From contig CAXXGO010000006.1 of NCBI GenBank assembly GCA_963666835.2, positions 2,016,001-2,080,000 of the forward strand: a stretch of 64,000 nt of DNA, given 5' to 3'. Source of the DNA: Phycisphaerae bacterium (GTDB taxonomy: Bacteria; Planctomycetota; Phycisphaerae; UBA1845). The notes beneath the pieces are model-generated. The model worked only from the letters and a program-made list of their open reading frames with translations, did no database searches and was not told the DNA's origin. The translations under genes and the position numbers were made by a program. This document shows, piece after piece, positions 37,544 to 46,736 of this stretch. The stretch's first letter is position 1; each line of letters opens with the position of its first letter.

Positions 37544-37749
37544 GAACAGGCCGACGATATTGATGTACAATCCGCCCGCGGATCTGTCGATCAACCGGCA
37601 GAGGCCGGCGGTGCTGTTGGGGATGAACAAACGATGAGCTGGCATTGGCTGGGGATCTTGATTCTCGTGGCCGCGGCCGCGTTCTTCGCAGCGAGGGGCG
37701 GCGGCGGGTGAGGCCCGAACAAACGCTGCTAGGCGGTGCCTGGCCTCGT

Positions 37750-38832
37750 TTATTCCGGTCGCTTCATATCCGGGGGGCGTTCAAACAGATGAGCGGCTTC
37801 CTCGAGTCGGTTCTGCCCATCGGCGCACACGGCGAACTGCGAGTCTGACCAGATGGCCGCGGAGCCGAACCGGCCGTCCTTAGCTACCGCATAGAATTTC
37901 ACGTCGAATCGGGGCCTTCCGTCCGGACGTTTCAGACACGGTTCCTTGGTGGTCTCGACGATCCGCCGCAGCGCGTGTAGGCAGGCGTCGGTGGGGGACA
38001 TGCCGTGCCGCATCGCCTCGACCACGGTGTGGGCCCCGCAGATCTTGATGACCGCTTCACCGCGCCCGGTGCTACCGGCCGCACCGACCTCGTTGTCTAC
38101 GAACAGCCCCGCGCCGATGATTGGCGAATCGCCCACGCGCCCGGGGATCTTATAACTCAGCCCGCTGGTAGTGGTGACTCCGCTAAGGTCGCCGGCCGCG
38201 TCGAGCGCACAGCAGTTAATGGTCCCGTACGTGAAGGGGACGCCGGCCGCGGAAAGCGCGTCGGACTCGTCTTCGATCTCCCCGGCGGGGGTGACCCAAT
38301 CGTCCTGGTCGCTGTGGCGTTCTTTCCATTTGAGCCAGATTCGTCGGGCCTCGTCGGTCAAGAGGTTCACTTCTTCGAAACCATGAGCTCGGGCGAAGCG
38401 CAGGGCGCCCTCGCCGACGAGCAGGACGTGGTCAGTGCGCTGCATGACCAACCGGGCGACGCAGGAGGGGGTCTTGATATTGCGCAAGGCCGCCACCGCT
38501 CCGGCCTCACAAGAGGGCCCGTGCATGACGCAGGAGTCCAACTCGACTACTCCGTCTTCGTTGGGTATCCCGCCGTACCCGACGCTCATATCGGCCGGGT
38601 CTTCTTCGACAATGTTCACGCCGGAGATAACGGCATCGAGCGTGTCGACCCCGTTTATGATGGAGTCCGCCGCCTTCCGGGTTGCCCGCAGACCGTTGGC
38701 ACTCGAGATAACCACCGGGGCGGATCGAGGTTTCGACCCCGCCTGCCCGGCGCCCGCCCGCTTTGGCAACATCGCCCCCGCGGCAACCGCCGCCGCCGAC
38801 TGCAGAAAACACCGTCGCGATAGATCCGTCAT
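37750..38832 (-). CDS. Tat-exported N(4)-(beta-N-acetylglucosaminyl)-L-asparaginase / asparaginase 2 family
   Basis: SRRCFL Tat motif; SVGYGG, ELDSC, GTINC, TTTSG, GRVGDSPIIGAG, STGRGE. Confidence 0.9.
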   Translation of the reverse strand: MTDLSRRCFLQSAAAVAAGAMLPKRAGAGQAGSKPRSAPVVISSANGLRATRKAADSIINGVDTLDAVISGVNIVEEDPADMSVGYGGIPNEDGVVELDSCVMHGPSCEAGAVAALRNIKTPSCVARLVMQRTDHVLLVGEGALRFARAHGFEEVNLLTDEARRIWLKWKERHSDQDDWVTPAGEIEDESDALSAAGVPFTYGTINCCALDAAGDLSGVTTTSGLSYKIPGRVGDSPIIGAGLFVDNEVGAAGSTGRGEAVIKICGAHTVVEAMRHGMSPTDACLHALRRIVETTKEPCLKRPDGRPRFDVKFYAVAKDGRFGSAAIWSDSQFAVCADGQNRLEEAAHLFERPPDMKRPE

Positions 38833-39047
38833 GGTAATCTCCGAACCAGAGTTCGCTCCGGAATTCCCGAAGGACACCGAAACAAGGGCGGCCGACCGCC
38901 GATCCTCATCGATAGCTGGTCAGCCGAACACTGGTCATCCTATCCGAATGACTCACTCGATCCAAACGGACACGAGTATGGAGGCCGTGAACGCGGAAGT
39001 TCGTGGGGGGCGCTATGCGTAATCTGACTGATAGCGTGTCAGGCACG

Positions 39048-39068
39048 GTAGGGTCTGCTGTGCGGACC
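39048..39068 (+). repeat. GTAG-type REP-like palindrome
   Basis: GTAG-GGTCTGC-TGT-GCGGACC. Confidence 0.45.
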
Positions 39069-39169
39069 GTAGGCGTTCCCAGCGCCGAGAGCCAAACGGG
39101 CGGCATTTCACCAATAACCGTGATTGTCCGGTCCGCTTTCCTTCACCCGACGAACCAAAGGACGAACAC

Positions 39170-39439
39170 ATGGATGTAGCAACACCTGGCACTCTTTGTT
39201 ATACTCTCTGTATTCTGCCTGGCGGCGTCTGCAGGGTCCCTTTCCTTGTCAGGGTGGCCGACGAAGCAGAGCCCCACAATCTGGGTGCTCTTCGGCATCG
39301 ACAAGCTCGACGGTGCCTGAGGTGTTTCGACGGGATAGGAGCAGCAATCGTGCCGATTATCTTCACCACGGTGGGCGGGTTATGGGGTCTCCTGTTTTCT
39401 TGTGTCTTCGTGGGATCGATGTACAAAGCCCTGGCGTGA
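39170..39439 (+). CDS. Small hypothetical membrane protein
   Basis: ATG after AAGGA; hydrophobic C-terminal segment. Confidence 0.35.
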   Translation: MDVATPGTLCYTLCILPGGVCRVPFLVRVADEAEPHNLGALRHRQARRCLRCFDGIGAAIVPIIFTTVGGLWGLLFSCVFVGSMYKALA

Positions 39440-39476
39440 GTCGCAGCCGATGCTGCCGCGGGGGAACGGTGAACTG

Positions 39477-40622
39477 ATGAAGCACACGACGCCGATGTGC
39501 GCAGCGTTGCTCGTCCTGATCCTGGCCCCGGTGGCGCAGGCCAATGTGGGGACGCCGTTGATGTGGGCGGGGATGCTGCACCTCATCCTGGGCAACCTGC
39601 TCATCGGTGTGCTTGAGGGTATTCTGCTCGCCAAGTTCTTCAAGGCCCCCACGAGTCGGGCGATCGGACTTCTCATCTTGGCCAATTACTTCTCCGCGTG
39701 GGTTGGAGCCAGTTTGGTGATCGGCGGGGTTGCGGGCTCAATCCCAATCGATCTGAACAACGCGTGGATGGTGTTCTGGCTGGCAGTCGCCGCAACCTAC
39801 GTCGCCACCTTGGTTCTGGAGTGGCCGTTTGTGGCTTTGATCTTCCGTGGCGATGCGCGTTGGTTGCGCAAATCGGTATGTGGCTCGTTCGTGGTCCAAA
39901 CCGTATCCTACTTACTCCTGTTCGGATGGTACTGGTGGGCAAGCGGAACGTCCTTGTATACCAGGACTGATGTCGTGGAGCTGTCGGCCATGTCCCTTCC
40001 GAAAGACGTTGTGGTTCACTACATTGATGCGGCGGACGGCGACGTGTACTCACTGCCATTGGGGGGTGAACAGGCGCGGAAGATCTTCGATCTGAACTCG
40101 AGCCACTGGAGTGATCGTCTGCTTATGCGTCCTCATCCGACTGTGGAGGGCAACTGGGATTTGGTGGCGCGGTTGAACAGCGAGAGAGGGGATGATCCGA
40201 CGTTCGTGACGATTCAGCAGTCTCTCGCGGGCGATACGATACCACGGTGGCGGGAGACCAATCCGGGTTCTCCGGAATACGGCAGAGAATTGCATGTGGC
40301 CGGCCCAGTTCCGAAGCTCGGTGATGCGCGCGGCAGCGCGTGGGCGTTCGACGTGGGGTTCTGGCCTATAGAGGGTCTCACCGGCTCCCATGCCCAGACG
40401 GGAGATTCGGTCTGGCTGACGTTCGACACTGTGGTTGTCGCGTGGACAATCCGCAACGCCACGCACCTCCCGGGTGACAAAGTCCTTCTGCAACTGGGAG
40501 GGGACCAGATCTGCATCTACGATCCGGAGGAGCGTCAGATTGCGCTTGTCGCAAGAGCCCGTGGGCCGATTGCAGTGATCGCCGAGGCTCGGTCGGACGA
40601 GCTTATCGACGGGGATGAGTAG
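39477..40622 (+). CDS. Hypothetical membrane protein (signal peptide, 4TM, soluble C-terminal domain)
   Basis: Signal ending AQA-NVGTP; GNLLIGVLEG, LANYFSA, TLVLEWP. Confidence 0.7.
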   Translation: MKHTTPMCAALLVLILAPVAQANVGTPLMWAGMLHLILGNLLIGVLEGILLAKFFKAPTSRAIGLLILANYFSAWVGASLVIGGVAGSIPIDLNNAWMVFWLAVAATYVATLVLEWPFVALIFRGDARWLRKSVCGSFVVQTVSYLLLFGWYWWASGTSLYTRTDVVELSAMSLPKDVVVHYIDAADGDVYSLPLGGEQARKIFDLNSSHWSDRLLMRPHPTVEGNWDLVARLNSERGDDPTFVTIQQSLAGDTIPRWRETNPGSPEYGRELHVAGPVPKLGDARGSAWAFDVGFWPIEGLTGSHAQTGDSVWLTFDTVVVAWTIRNATHLPGDKVLLQLGGDQICIYDPEERQIALVARARGPIAVIAEARSDELIDGDE

Positions 40623-40718
40623 AGGGGCTGGGTCGCTCCTGGCGCCGCAGGGTGTATTGCACTCCGTGGGCCAACGATCCCGTTAGAATCGGATACGGGT
40701 TTCATGCCGGCATGGGCG

Positions 40719-41231
40719 TTACGTGCTCGCCCCACCCCCCAGCGCACCCTCCAACCTGAGCATCCGGGCCTTCAGCTTCGTTTCGCCCGGGGATGAAAAG
40801 CCGCCGAGCGCGCCGTCGGAGCGGAGGACGCGGTGGCAGGGGATAATCAGCGGGATGGGGTTGTGGGCCATGGCTCCGCCGACGGCGCGCGCGGCGCGCG
40901 GGTTGCCCGCGGCCCGGGCCAGCTCGGCGTAGGTAACCGTCCGGCCATACGGAATCAGCAGGCATTGTTCGAGCACGGCGCGGCGAAACGGGGTGATGCC
41001 CGACAGGTCGAGGTCCACGTCGAAGGCCGCGGGGGTGCCGCGGAAGTAGGCGACAATCTGCTTGCGCAGGCCGGGCAAGAGCCGCTTCGCTTCGGTGGCG
41101 TCGGGCCAATGCTTCCGGATCGACCGGCGCAAACCGGCCGCGGACTGGGGCAGGTATGCGGAGACGAGCCGGGAGCCCTGAGCGACGTAACCGAACGATC
41201 CGAACGCGGTGTCGAACATTGTGTATTGCAT
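40719..41231 (-). CDS. ogt: Methylated-DNA--protein-cysteine methyltransferase
   Basis: IPYGRTVTYAELA, AARAVG, NPIPLIIPCHRV; AGGAGG RBS. Confidence 0.95.
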   Translation of the reverse strand: MQYTMFDTAFGSFGYVAQGSRLVSAYLPQSAAGLRRSIRKHWPDATEAKRLLPGLRKQIVAYFRGTPAAFDVDLDLSGITPFRRAVLEQCLLIPYGRTVTYAELARAAGNPRAARAVGGAMAHNPIPLIIPCHRVLRSDGALGGFSSPGETKLKARMLRLEGALGGGAST

Positions 41232-41407
41232 TGGGCGACCTCCTGATAAGATAGGCTAAGACGTATCGCAAACCGGTATCGACCGCAAGAGGATGGGACC
41301 TCGCCAAGTCGATGTCCGGCATTACGGAGGAGTCCGTGGATAGACTCGCCTGCCCCGTGATGGGTCATGGGCCAACTGTTAGAAGGCTGCGGGGCGGCGC
41401 AGGCGGG

Positions 41408-41497
41408 TGTAGGGCAGCGTTGAGGTACGAGACCTGCCTGGATCTTCGCGCATCGCGCGCTGTTGTGGCAGGTCTCGTTCCTCGACCGTGCCCTACG
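41408..41497. repeat. Inverted REP doublet (REPIN/BIME-like)
   Basis: Degenerate family-A REP at 41408-41438 and an opposite-orientation copy at 41467-41497. Confidence 0.8.
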
Positions 41498-41533
41498 GAT
41501 AGGGCCGTCGTGGGCGGCAAGGGGGAGCAATCA

Positions 41534-41902
41534 GTGGATGAGTTAGCCTGGGTTCTGGTGTATGTTGGTGCCGCCTGGCCGGTTGTTCTGGTGGTGCCGT
41601 CGTTGCTGCCGCGTTGGAAGAGGGGTCGGGTGTCCGAACGGCGCTGGATTCTCTGCTTCTCCGGTTATGCTCTTTTGCTGACCCTGGCGGCGATCCTGCA
41701 CGCGTACGTGTTGACCGACTCGCGTCCCGCACCGACGGCTCTTGCGTATGCGTACGATCTCGGCGTCCGAGCCCAGCCCGGCTGGATGCCCATGGAACGC
41801 TGGCTGATCATCGGGATCTGCGCGACCATCCTCGTCGCGCTGCGGTCCTTCCTGAAGAAAGGGCATTGGTTCAGCATGCCCCCAAGGCGAACACGATTCT
41901 GA
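41534..41902 (+). CDS. Small 3TM hypothetical membrane protein
   Basis: GTG after GGGAG; three hydrophobic segments. Confidence 0.55.
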   Translation: MDELAWVLVYVGAAWPVVLVVPSLLPRWKRGRVSERRWILCFSGYALLLTLAAILHAYVLTDSRPAPTALAYAYDLGVRAQPGWMPMERWLIIGICATILVALRSFLKKGHWFSMPPRRTRF

Positions 41903-41962
41903 GACCGTTTCGGGATGGTCTGCCGTCTGTTTCCGAGTTCTTCCTCCTTGACGGGTGTTCAG

Positions 41963-41982
41963 GGCAGGTCTCGTGCCCTACG
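41963..41982. repeat. Internally deleted family-A REP
   Basis: GGCAGGTCTCGTGCCCTACG joins the two ends of the 31-mer. Confidence 0.7.
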
Positions 41983-41984
41983 AA

Positions 41985-44291
41985 CTAGGGACCTTCGAAG
42001 GCCCCTGTGAACTTGCTGATGTCAGCAAGATCCACGCCGTTCTTGCCGTCGAAATCTGCTGGTCTGCACGGATCGGATAGTGTGGGCTCGCCGAGCCCGG
42101 TGAAGCAGTTTTGAAACGAGGCAAAGTCCGCCAGGTCGACGTCATTGTCGGCATCGAGGTCACCGTAAGCCGGCCCCGTGCGTACCCACGCCGGTTGCAG
42201 CCAGCAGGAATAGTCGCCGTAATTGTCAAACAGCGCGTTTGCCGTAAGCGTGACATGGTCGCCCGGTTCCACGGGAAGCTCAACGAAGGCGGGGTACGCT
42301 GAGAATCCGTAAGGTTTGGCAATCCTGGCACTGGTGAACATCACAGCGCCATTGATGTGGCACTCGAATACGACGGATCCGGCATTGTGATCCTCCAGCC
42401 CGTACATTCCCCGGAATGTGTTGATCCCGCCCGGCACTTCGTACTCGACCCAGGAGTCGGCGTGCACGCCAAGTGACTTATCCCAGGCGATTCCGTTCAC
42501 TTCGATCTTCCCGGTCAAGCCGCACCCGTACTCATTATGCCCGATGGTGCCCAGGCCGACTTCGCCGCCGAGTTCCGCTAGATCGCTGGCGAATCGGTCC
42601 GGAAGCGTCGGGTCGGTCATACCGTAATACTCACTGCGATTGCCCGCCAGGTCGCCATCCGGATCACCCGATGCGGTTTGAGCGAGGTTTCTCCAATTGG
42701 AATACTCCCATCCGTCATCGAGCCCGTCCGAGTCGGTATCGTCTCTGATCTCGATGGGGAAAAGGCTGCCGGACAGGTCCGGCTTGTCGGTCCGGAACAG
42801 CCGCAGGTCGAAGTGGGGACCGGTCTGCGACAGGCTCGACAGAGGTATGTCGATCGTCCCTTGTTGCGGGTCCAATCCGTCGGCCACCCAAACCGGCTCG
42901 CCCAAACGACTGAGTTCCATCGTCAACAACGCATCGGGCTCGGTATTCCCAAGTATACTCCACAAGACGGTTGCGTCTTCGTGAGGATCCCACACCTGAG
43001 TTCCGTCCAGCGAATTCAGCATGTAGAAATCGTCGACGTCGGAGTACCACAGGCCATAGCGCTCCCTGGCGGTCGAGCCGCTTCCGCCACCGTAACTCCA
43101 GCGGCGATAGGAATCGTAGCGCAGGCTCAGGTAGGCCGAGGGCCCCGATGACTGCGATGTTACGATATATCGCTCCGCCAGATACCCCCAGGTTCCGCCC
43201 TGCACGTTGCAGTGGACCCATCCAATGTTCGGAAGGTACACCTCGGCCCATCGGTGGTGCGGATCGTCACGATATGGGCCGGGTCCGGCGGCCGCCCCGC
43301 GGCGAACGAGAGAACCGGTCCATCTTGCGGGAATGCCGGCAGAGCGGCACACGGCGATAAACGCGAATGCGTATTCAGAACAACTTCCATTACCCCGCTG
43401 AATGACCGTGACCGCATCGTCCCATCCTCCCGCGGATTCGTAATAGAGGTGTGCTTGGATCCACGCGAAAATCGCTTGGGCCATGAACAGGGGGTGGGCC
43501 TCGCCCTGCAGGGCGTCGTCGCGGGCGCCCGTGATGACCGGACTGGTGATCTGAAACAGGGGGTCATCGGCCAGATACTCCGTGGTGATTTCCGCGGGGA
43601 TATCATCCAGAGCGCCCACGTCCTCCGGGGCGATGTCGTACTGCATCTTCCACGTACGAACCCGAGCTCGCCACCAAGTTTCGTGCTCGGTGCCGGGGGG
43701 GACATCGGCGAAGTAGTAGTACACGATGGGCTGTCCGCGATTATCATAGATGAACTGGCCGCCTTCGGGATGGAACTCGATATCGATGATCTGCTGGCGT
43801 TCGAGGTCGACCGGGTAAAGCGTGTGGAATCTCAGATACGACATCGTGTCCGGTCCGAGGTTCTTTACGGAGCTGATGAGCCGGACGTCACCGACCGCCG
43901 GGTCAAAAAGATACAGAGCCGAACTCGGCCCCAGCTCGATGACGCGCAGCCCCTCCGGTCGAGGATCGCTGTGGAGCACTCCGCTGGGTCCGGCCGCCGT
44001 TGCCGTACGCTCGAGACGCAAACCATCCACGCGGTCGAACGGGATCCTCGCAGACTCAGACGGATCGTCTTCTCGTTGTGGCGGGGAGCAAGGCCGGGTC
44101 TCGTCGAGCGGAGTGGTCTCCTCGTCATGTTCTGAGCCCGGGGAGGCGATCGGCTTACGTGCGGGCGGTTCGTCAAGAGTGTGCGCGGCCCCGCCGTCGG
44201 CCTGTTCAGCGATCGAGGAGGAACCGAAGATCAGCCAGACGGCCACAGTCAGAACGGGAAAGTGAAGCAGCCATCGGTGGATTTCAACCAT
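41985..44291 (-). CDS. Secreted transglutaminase-like protein with NPCBM domain and dockerin/EF-hand-like tail
   Basis: GNGSCSEYA, CRSAGIPAR, HRWAEVY; DTDSDGLDDGWE repeat; KSLGVHADS..VEY (NPCBM); GDLDADNDVDLADFASFQNCFTG. Confidence 0.85.
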   Translation of the reverse strand: MVEIHRWLLHFPVLTVAVWLIFGSSSIAEQADGGAAHTLDEPPARKPIASPGSEHDEETTPLDETRPCSPPQREDDPSESARIPFDRVDGLRLERTATAAGPSGVLHSDPRPEGLRVIELGPSSALYLFDPAVGDVRLISSVKNLGPDTMSYLRFHTLYPVDLERQQIIDIEFHPEGGQFIYDNRGQPIVYYYFADVPPGTEHETWWRARVRTWKMQYDIAPEDVGALDDIPAEITTEYLADDPLFQITSPVITGARDDALQGEAHPLFMAQAIFAWIQAHLYYESAGGWDDAVTVIQRGNGSCSEYAFAFIAVCRSAGIPARWTGSLVRRGAAAGPGPYRDDPHHRWAEVYLPNIGWVHCNVQGGTWGYLAERYIVTSQSSGPSAYLSLRYDSYRRWSYGGGSGSTARERYGLWYSDVDDFYMLNSLDGTQVWDPHEDATVLWSILGNTEPDALLTMELSRLGEPVWVADGLDPQQGTIDIPLSSLSQTGPHFDLRLFRTDKPDLSGSLFPIEIRDDTDSDGLDDGWEYSNWRNLAQTASGDPDGDLAGNRSEYYGMTDPTLPDRFASDLAELGGEVGLGTIGHNEYGCGLTGKIEVNGIAWDKSLGVHADSWVEYEVPGGINTFRGMYGLEDHNAGSVVFECHINGAVMFTSARIAKPYGFSAYPAFVELPVEPGDHVTLTANALFDNYGDYSCWLQPAWVRTGPAYGDLDADNDVDLADFASFQNCFTGLGEPTLSDPCRPADFDGKNGVDLADISKFTGAFEGP

Positions 44292-44613
44292 TGAGTCTCG
44301 CTCCTGCAACTTGACGCGAATCGCCTGGCTCGCGACGACGATCTTCCGAGATGTCCCTTTCACGGGTCTTCAAACAACCATTCTACCGGGATAGACCTGG
44401 CGATCCAAGCTGGATTGGATCTGAAATTCGGCGATTGGTGTATCCCTCGCCGGATGATGTCGGTATCCGTCGCCTGGTCATGTGCCGGACATTACGTTCG
44501 AGCCCGGCTTTGGATGTCGTCGCAAGGCTGGCGATTACGCGTTGTTGGCCTCAACAATCGCCGCTTGCCCGTGACGGATGGTGCGGGTGTTCCATTACCT
44601 TTCCGAAGCCCGC

Positions 44614-44644
44614 GGCAGGTCTCGTTCCTCGACCGTGCCCTACG
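44614..44644. repeat. Family-A REP
   Basis: GGCAGGTCTCGTTCCTCGACCGTGCCCTACG. Confidence 0.8.
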
Positions 44645-44803
44645 GATTATGCGAGTGAGGGGACCGTCGTGCCCTTCCCGCCTCGACAATCCTACCGTCA
44701 GCCCGTATAGGTCTTCGCAATGCCGGGCCGCTGTCCGGCAGATCGGTTTCGCGGCAAGACTTGCAGGGGAGTGGGTCGGATGCTGCCGCACGCGGTGGAT
44801 TGA

Positions 44804-45751
44804 GTGACAATCATGGGACCGACCCTGACCTTCATCATGGGGTGCACCGGATCGGGCAAGGGCGGACTCGGTCGCGAGCTGGCCCGGCGGACCGGCGGCG
44901 AGATAATCAGCATTGACTCGATGAAGGTCTACCGCCGTATGGACATCGGCACAGCCAAGCCTCCGCCGGAGGTCCTGCGCGAGATACCGCATCATCTGGT
45001 AGACGTCGTCGAGCCTTCTCAGGATTTCTCGGTGGCTCGATACGTGGAGCTGGCCGAGCAGGCCATTAAGCAGATCCACGAGCGAGGCAAGCCCATCTTC
45101 GTGGTTGGCGGGACCCCGCTATACATCAAGGGTCTGACTGAAGGGCTGTTTGAAGGCCCCGGAGCCGATCCGGGCATTCGCGCCCGTTTGCACGAAGAGG
45201 CTCGCGGTAGCGGGCAGGAGATGCTCTATCGCCGACTTCAGGAAGTCGACCCGGCTTCCGCCGAACGCATTCACCCCAACGACCTGCGGCGGATAGTCCG
45301 GGCCCTGGAGGTGTTCGAGCTGACCGGGCAGACGATCAGCGCGCTGCAAACGCAATGGGATCAACAGCGGACCCGCCATGAATGCGTGTTCATCGGCCTG
45401 CGGCGGGATCGTGAAGACCAGAACCACCGCACCAACGAACGGGTCCGACGAATGATCGAGACCGGGCTGGTCGATGAAGTACGTACCCTGCTGGCCGAGC
45501 CCGAGCCGCTGAGCGAAACTGCCCGAAAGGCCCTGGGGTACGCGGAGGTCATCGAGCATTTAGCCGGGCGGATAACCCTTGCGGATGCGGTGGAAATGAT
45601 CAAAATAAATACTCGGCGGCTGGCCAAGGCTCAGCGGACGTGGTTCAAGCGGTTTCGCGATACCGAGTGGATCGATCTGACTGCCACGAGCACGGCGTCC
45701 GAGGTGGCCGAGCAACTGCTGCACAGTCGAGGGTCGTTATGGAAGCCGTAA
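44804..45751 (+). CDS. miaA: tRNA dimethylallyltransferase
   Basis: GCTGSGK, DSMKVYRRMDIGTAKP, VGGTPLYI, HPNDLRRIVRALEV, AKAQRTWF. Confidence 0.95.
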   Translation: MTIMGPTLTFIMGCTGSGKGGLGRELARRTGGEIISIDSMKVYRRMDIGTAKPPPEVLREIPHHLVDVVEPSQDFSVARYVELAEQAIKQIHERGKPIFVVGGTPLYIKGLTEGLFEGPGADPGIRARLHEEARGSGQEMLYRRLQEVDPASAERIHPNDLRRIVRALEVFELTGQTISALQTQWDQQRTRHECVFIGLRRDREDQNHRTNERVRRMIETGLVDEVRTLLAEPEPLSETARKALGYAEVIEHLAGRITLADAVEMIKINTRRLAKAQRTWFKRFRDTEWIDLTATSTASEVAEQLLHSRGSLWKP

Positions 45752-46710
45752 CCGAAATGACGAATTGGGCCGTCGATCTGATCGACGTGCACAAGACGTA
45801 CGGCCGGACGATCCGCGCTTTGGGGGGCGTCAATATCCAGGTTCGCCGCGGGGAAATTTTCGGCCTGCTGGGGCCGAACGGGGCGGGCAAGACCACGCTG
45901 GTTAAGATCATGATGACGGCCGTGCGCCCGACTAAGGCTCTGGGCACCATCCTCGGCCGCCCGATCGGGCATCGGGGCAAGCTGGCGCGCATCGGATACC
46001 TGCCGGAACATCAGCGTTTCCCGCCGTATCTGACCGGCATGCAGGCTCTGGATTACTTCGGCGCTCTGGCTAAGGTGCCACGAGTGCGTCGCATGGAGAA
46101 CGCGAACCGTTTGCTCGATCGGCTCTGGCTGGGGCAGTGGCGGAATACGCGGGTCGACAAATACTCGAAGGGAATGGTGCAGCGGTTGGGTATCGCGCAG
46201 GCGCTGGTGAACGACCCGGAGATGGTCGTTCTGGATGAGCCGACGGATGGACTGGACCCGGTGGGGCGGCGCGACGTTCGCGAGTTGTTGATCGAACTGC
46301 GGAACGAGGGGAAGACCGTCTTTCTGAACTCGCATCTTCTCAGCGAACTCGAGCAGGTTTGCGATCGCGTGGCGATTCTGGTCGACGGCCTGGTGGCTCG
46401 GCAGGGTACCCTGCGGGAGCTGACCGAGCATACGGTTGAGTATCGCGTGACGGCGTTGGGAGACCTCAGTCCGTTGCGCGAGAAGCTCGAGAAGTTGGGG
46501 GCTTCCTGTGAGGGCGGGTTGATCTGTGTGCCGGGACATGACGCGGCGACCGCTAACGCCGTGGTCGACCTGCTACGCGGAGCGAACTTGTTGATCGAAT
46601 CGGTAGAACCGCATCGGTTCAGCTTGGAAGATATTCTCGTGGAGGCTCTCGGAGAGTCGCACGGAGCACCGCCGGCGCGCCGCGTCGGACCGGTCGGTTC
46701 GGGCGCTTAA
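45739..46710 (+). CDS. ABC transporter ATP-binding protein
   Basis: GPNGAGKTT, YSKGMVQR, LDEPT, LNSH. Confidence 0.95.
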   Translation: MEAVTEMTNWAVDLIDVHKTYGRTIRALGGVNIQVRRGEIFGLLGPNGAGKTTLVKIMMTAVRPTKALGTILGRPIGHRGKLARIGYLPEHQRFPPYLTGMQALDYFGALAKVPRVRRMENANRLLDRLWLGQWRNTRVDKYSKGMVQRLGIAQALVNDPEMVVLDEPTDGLDPVGRRDVRELLIELRNEGKTVFLNSHLLSELEQVCDRVAILVDGLVARQGTLRELTEHTVEYRVTALGDLSPLREKLEKLGASCEGGLICVPGHDAATANAVVDLLRGANLLIESVEPHRFSLEDILVEALGESHGAPPARRVGPVGSGA

Positions 46711-46736
46711 AGACCCCGAGATTGCGCGGCAGAATC

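Noticed and set aside
41260..41310. c-di-GMP-I riboswitch (GCAAACC...)
   Set aside because: Lacks the GNRA-capped P2 stem and the downstream GACGCAAAGC/P3 consensus.
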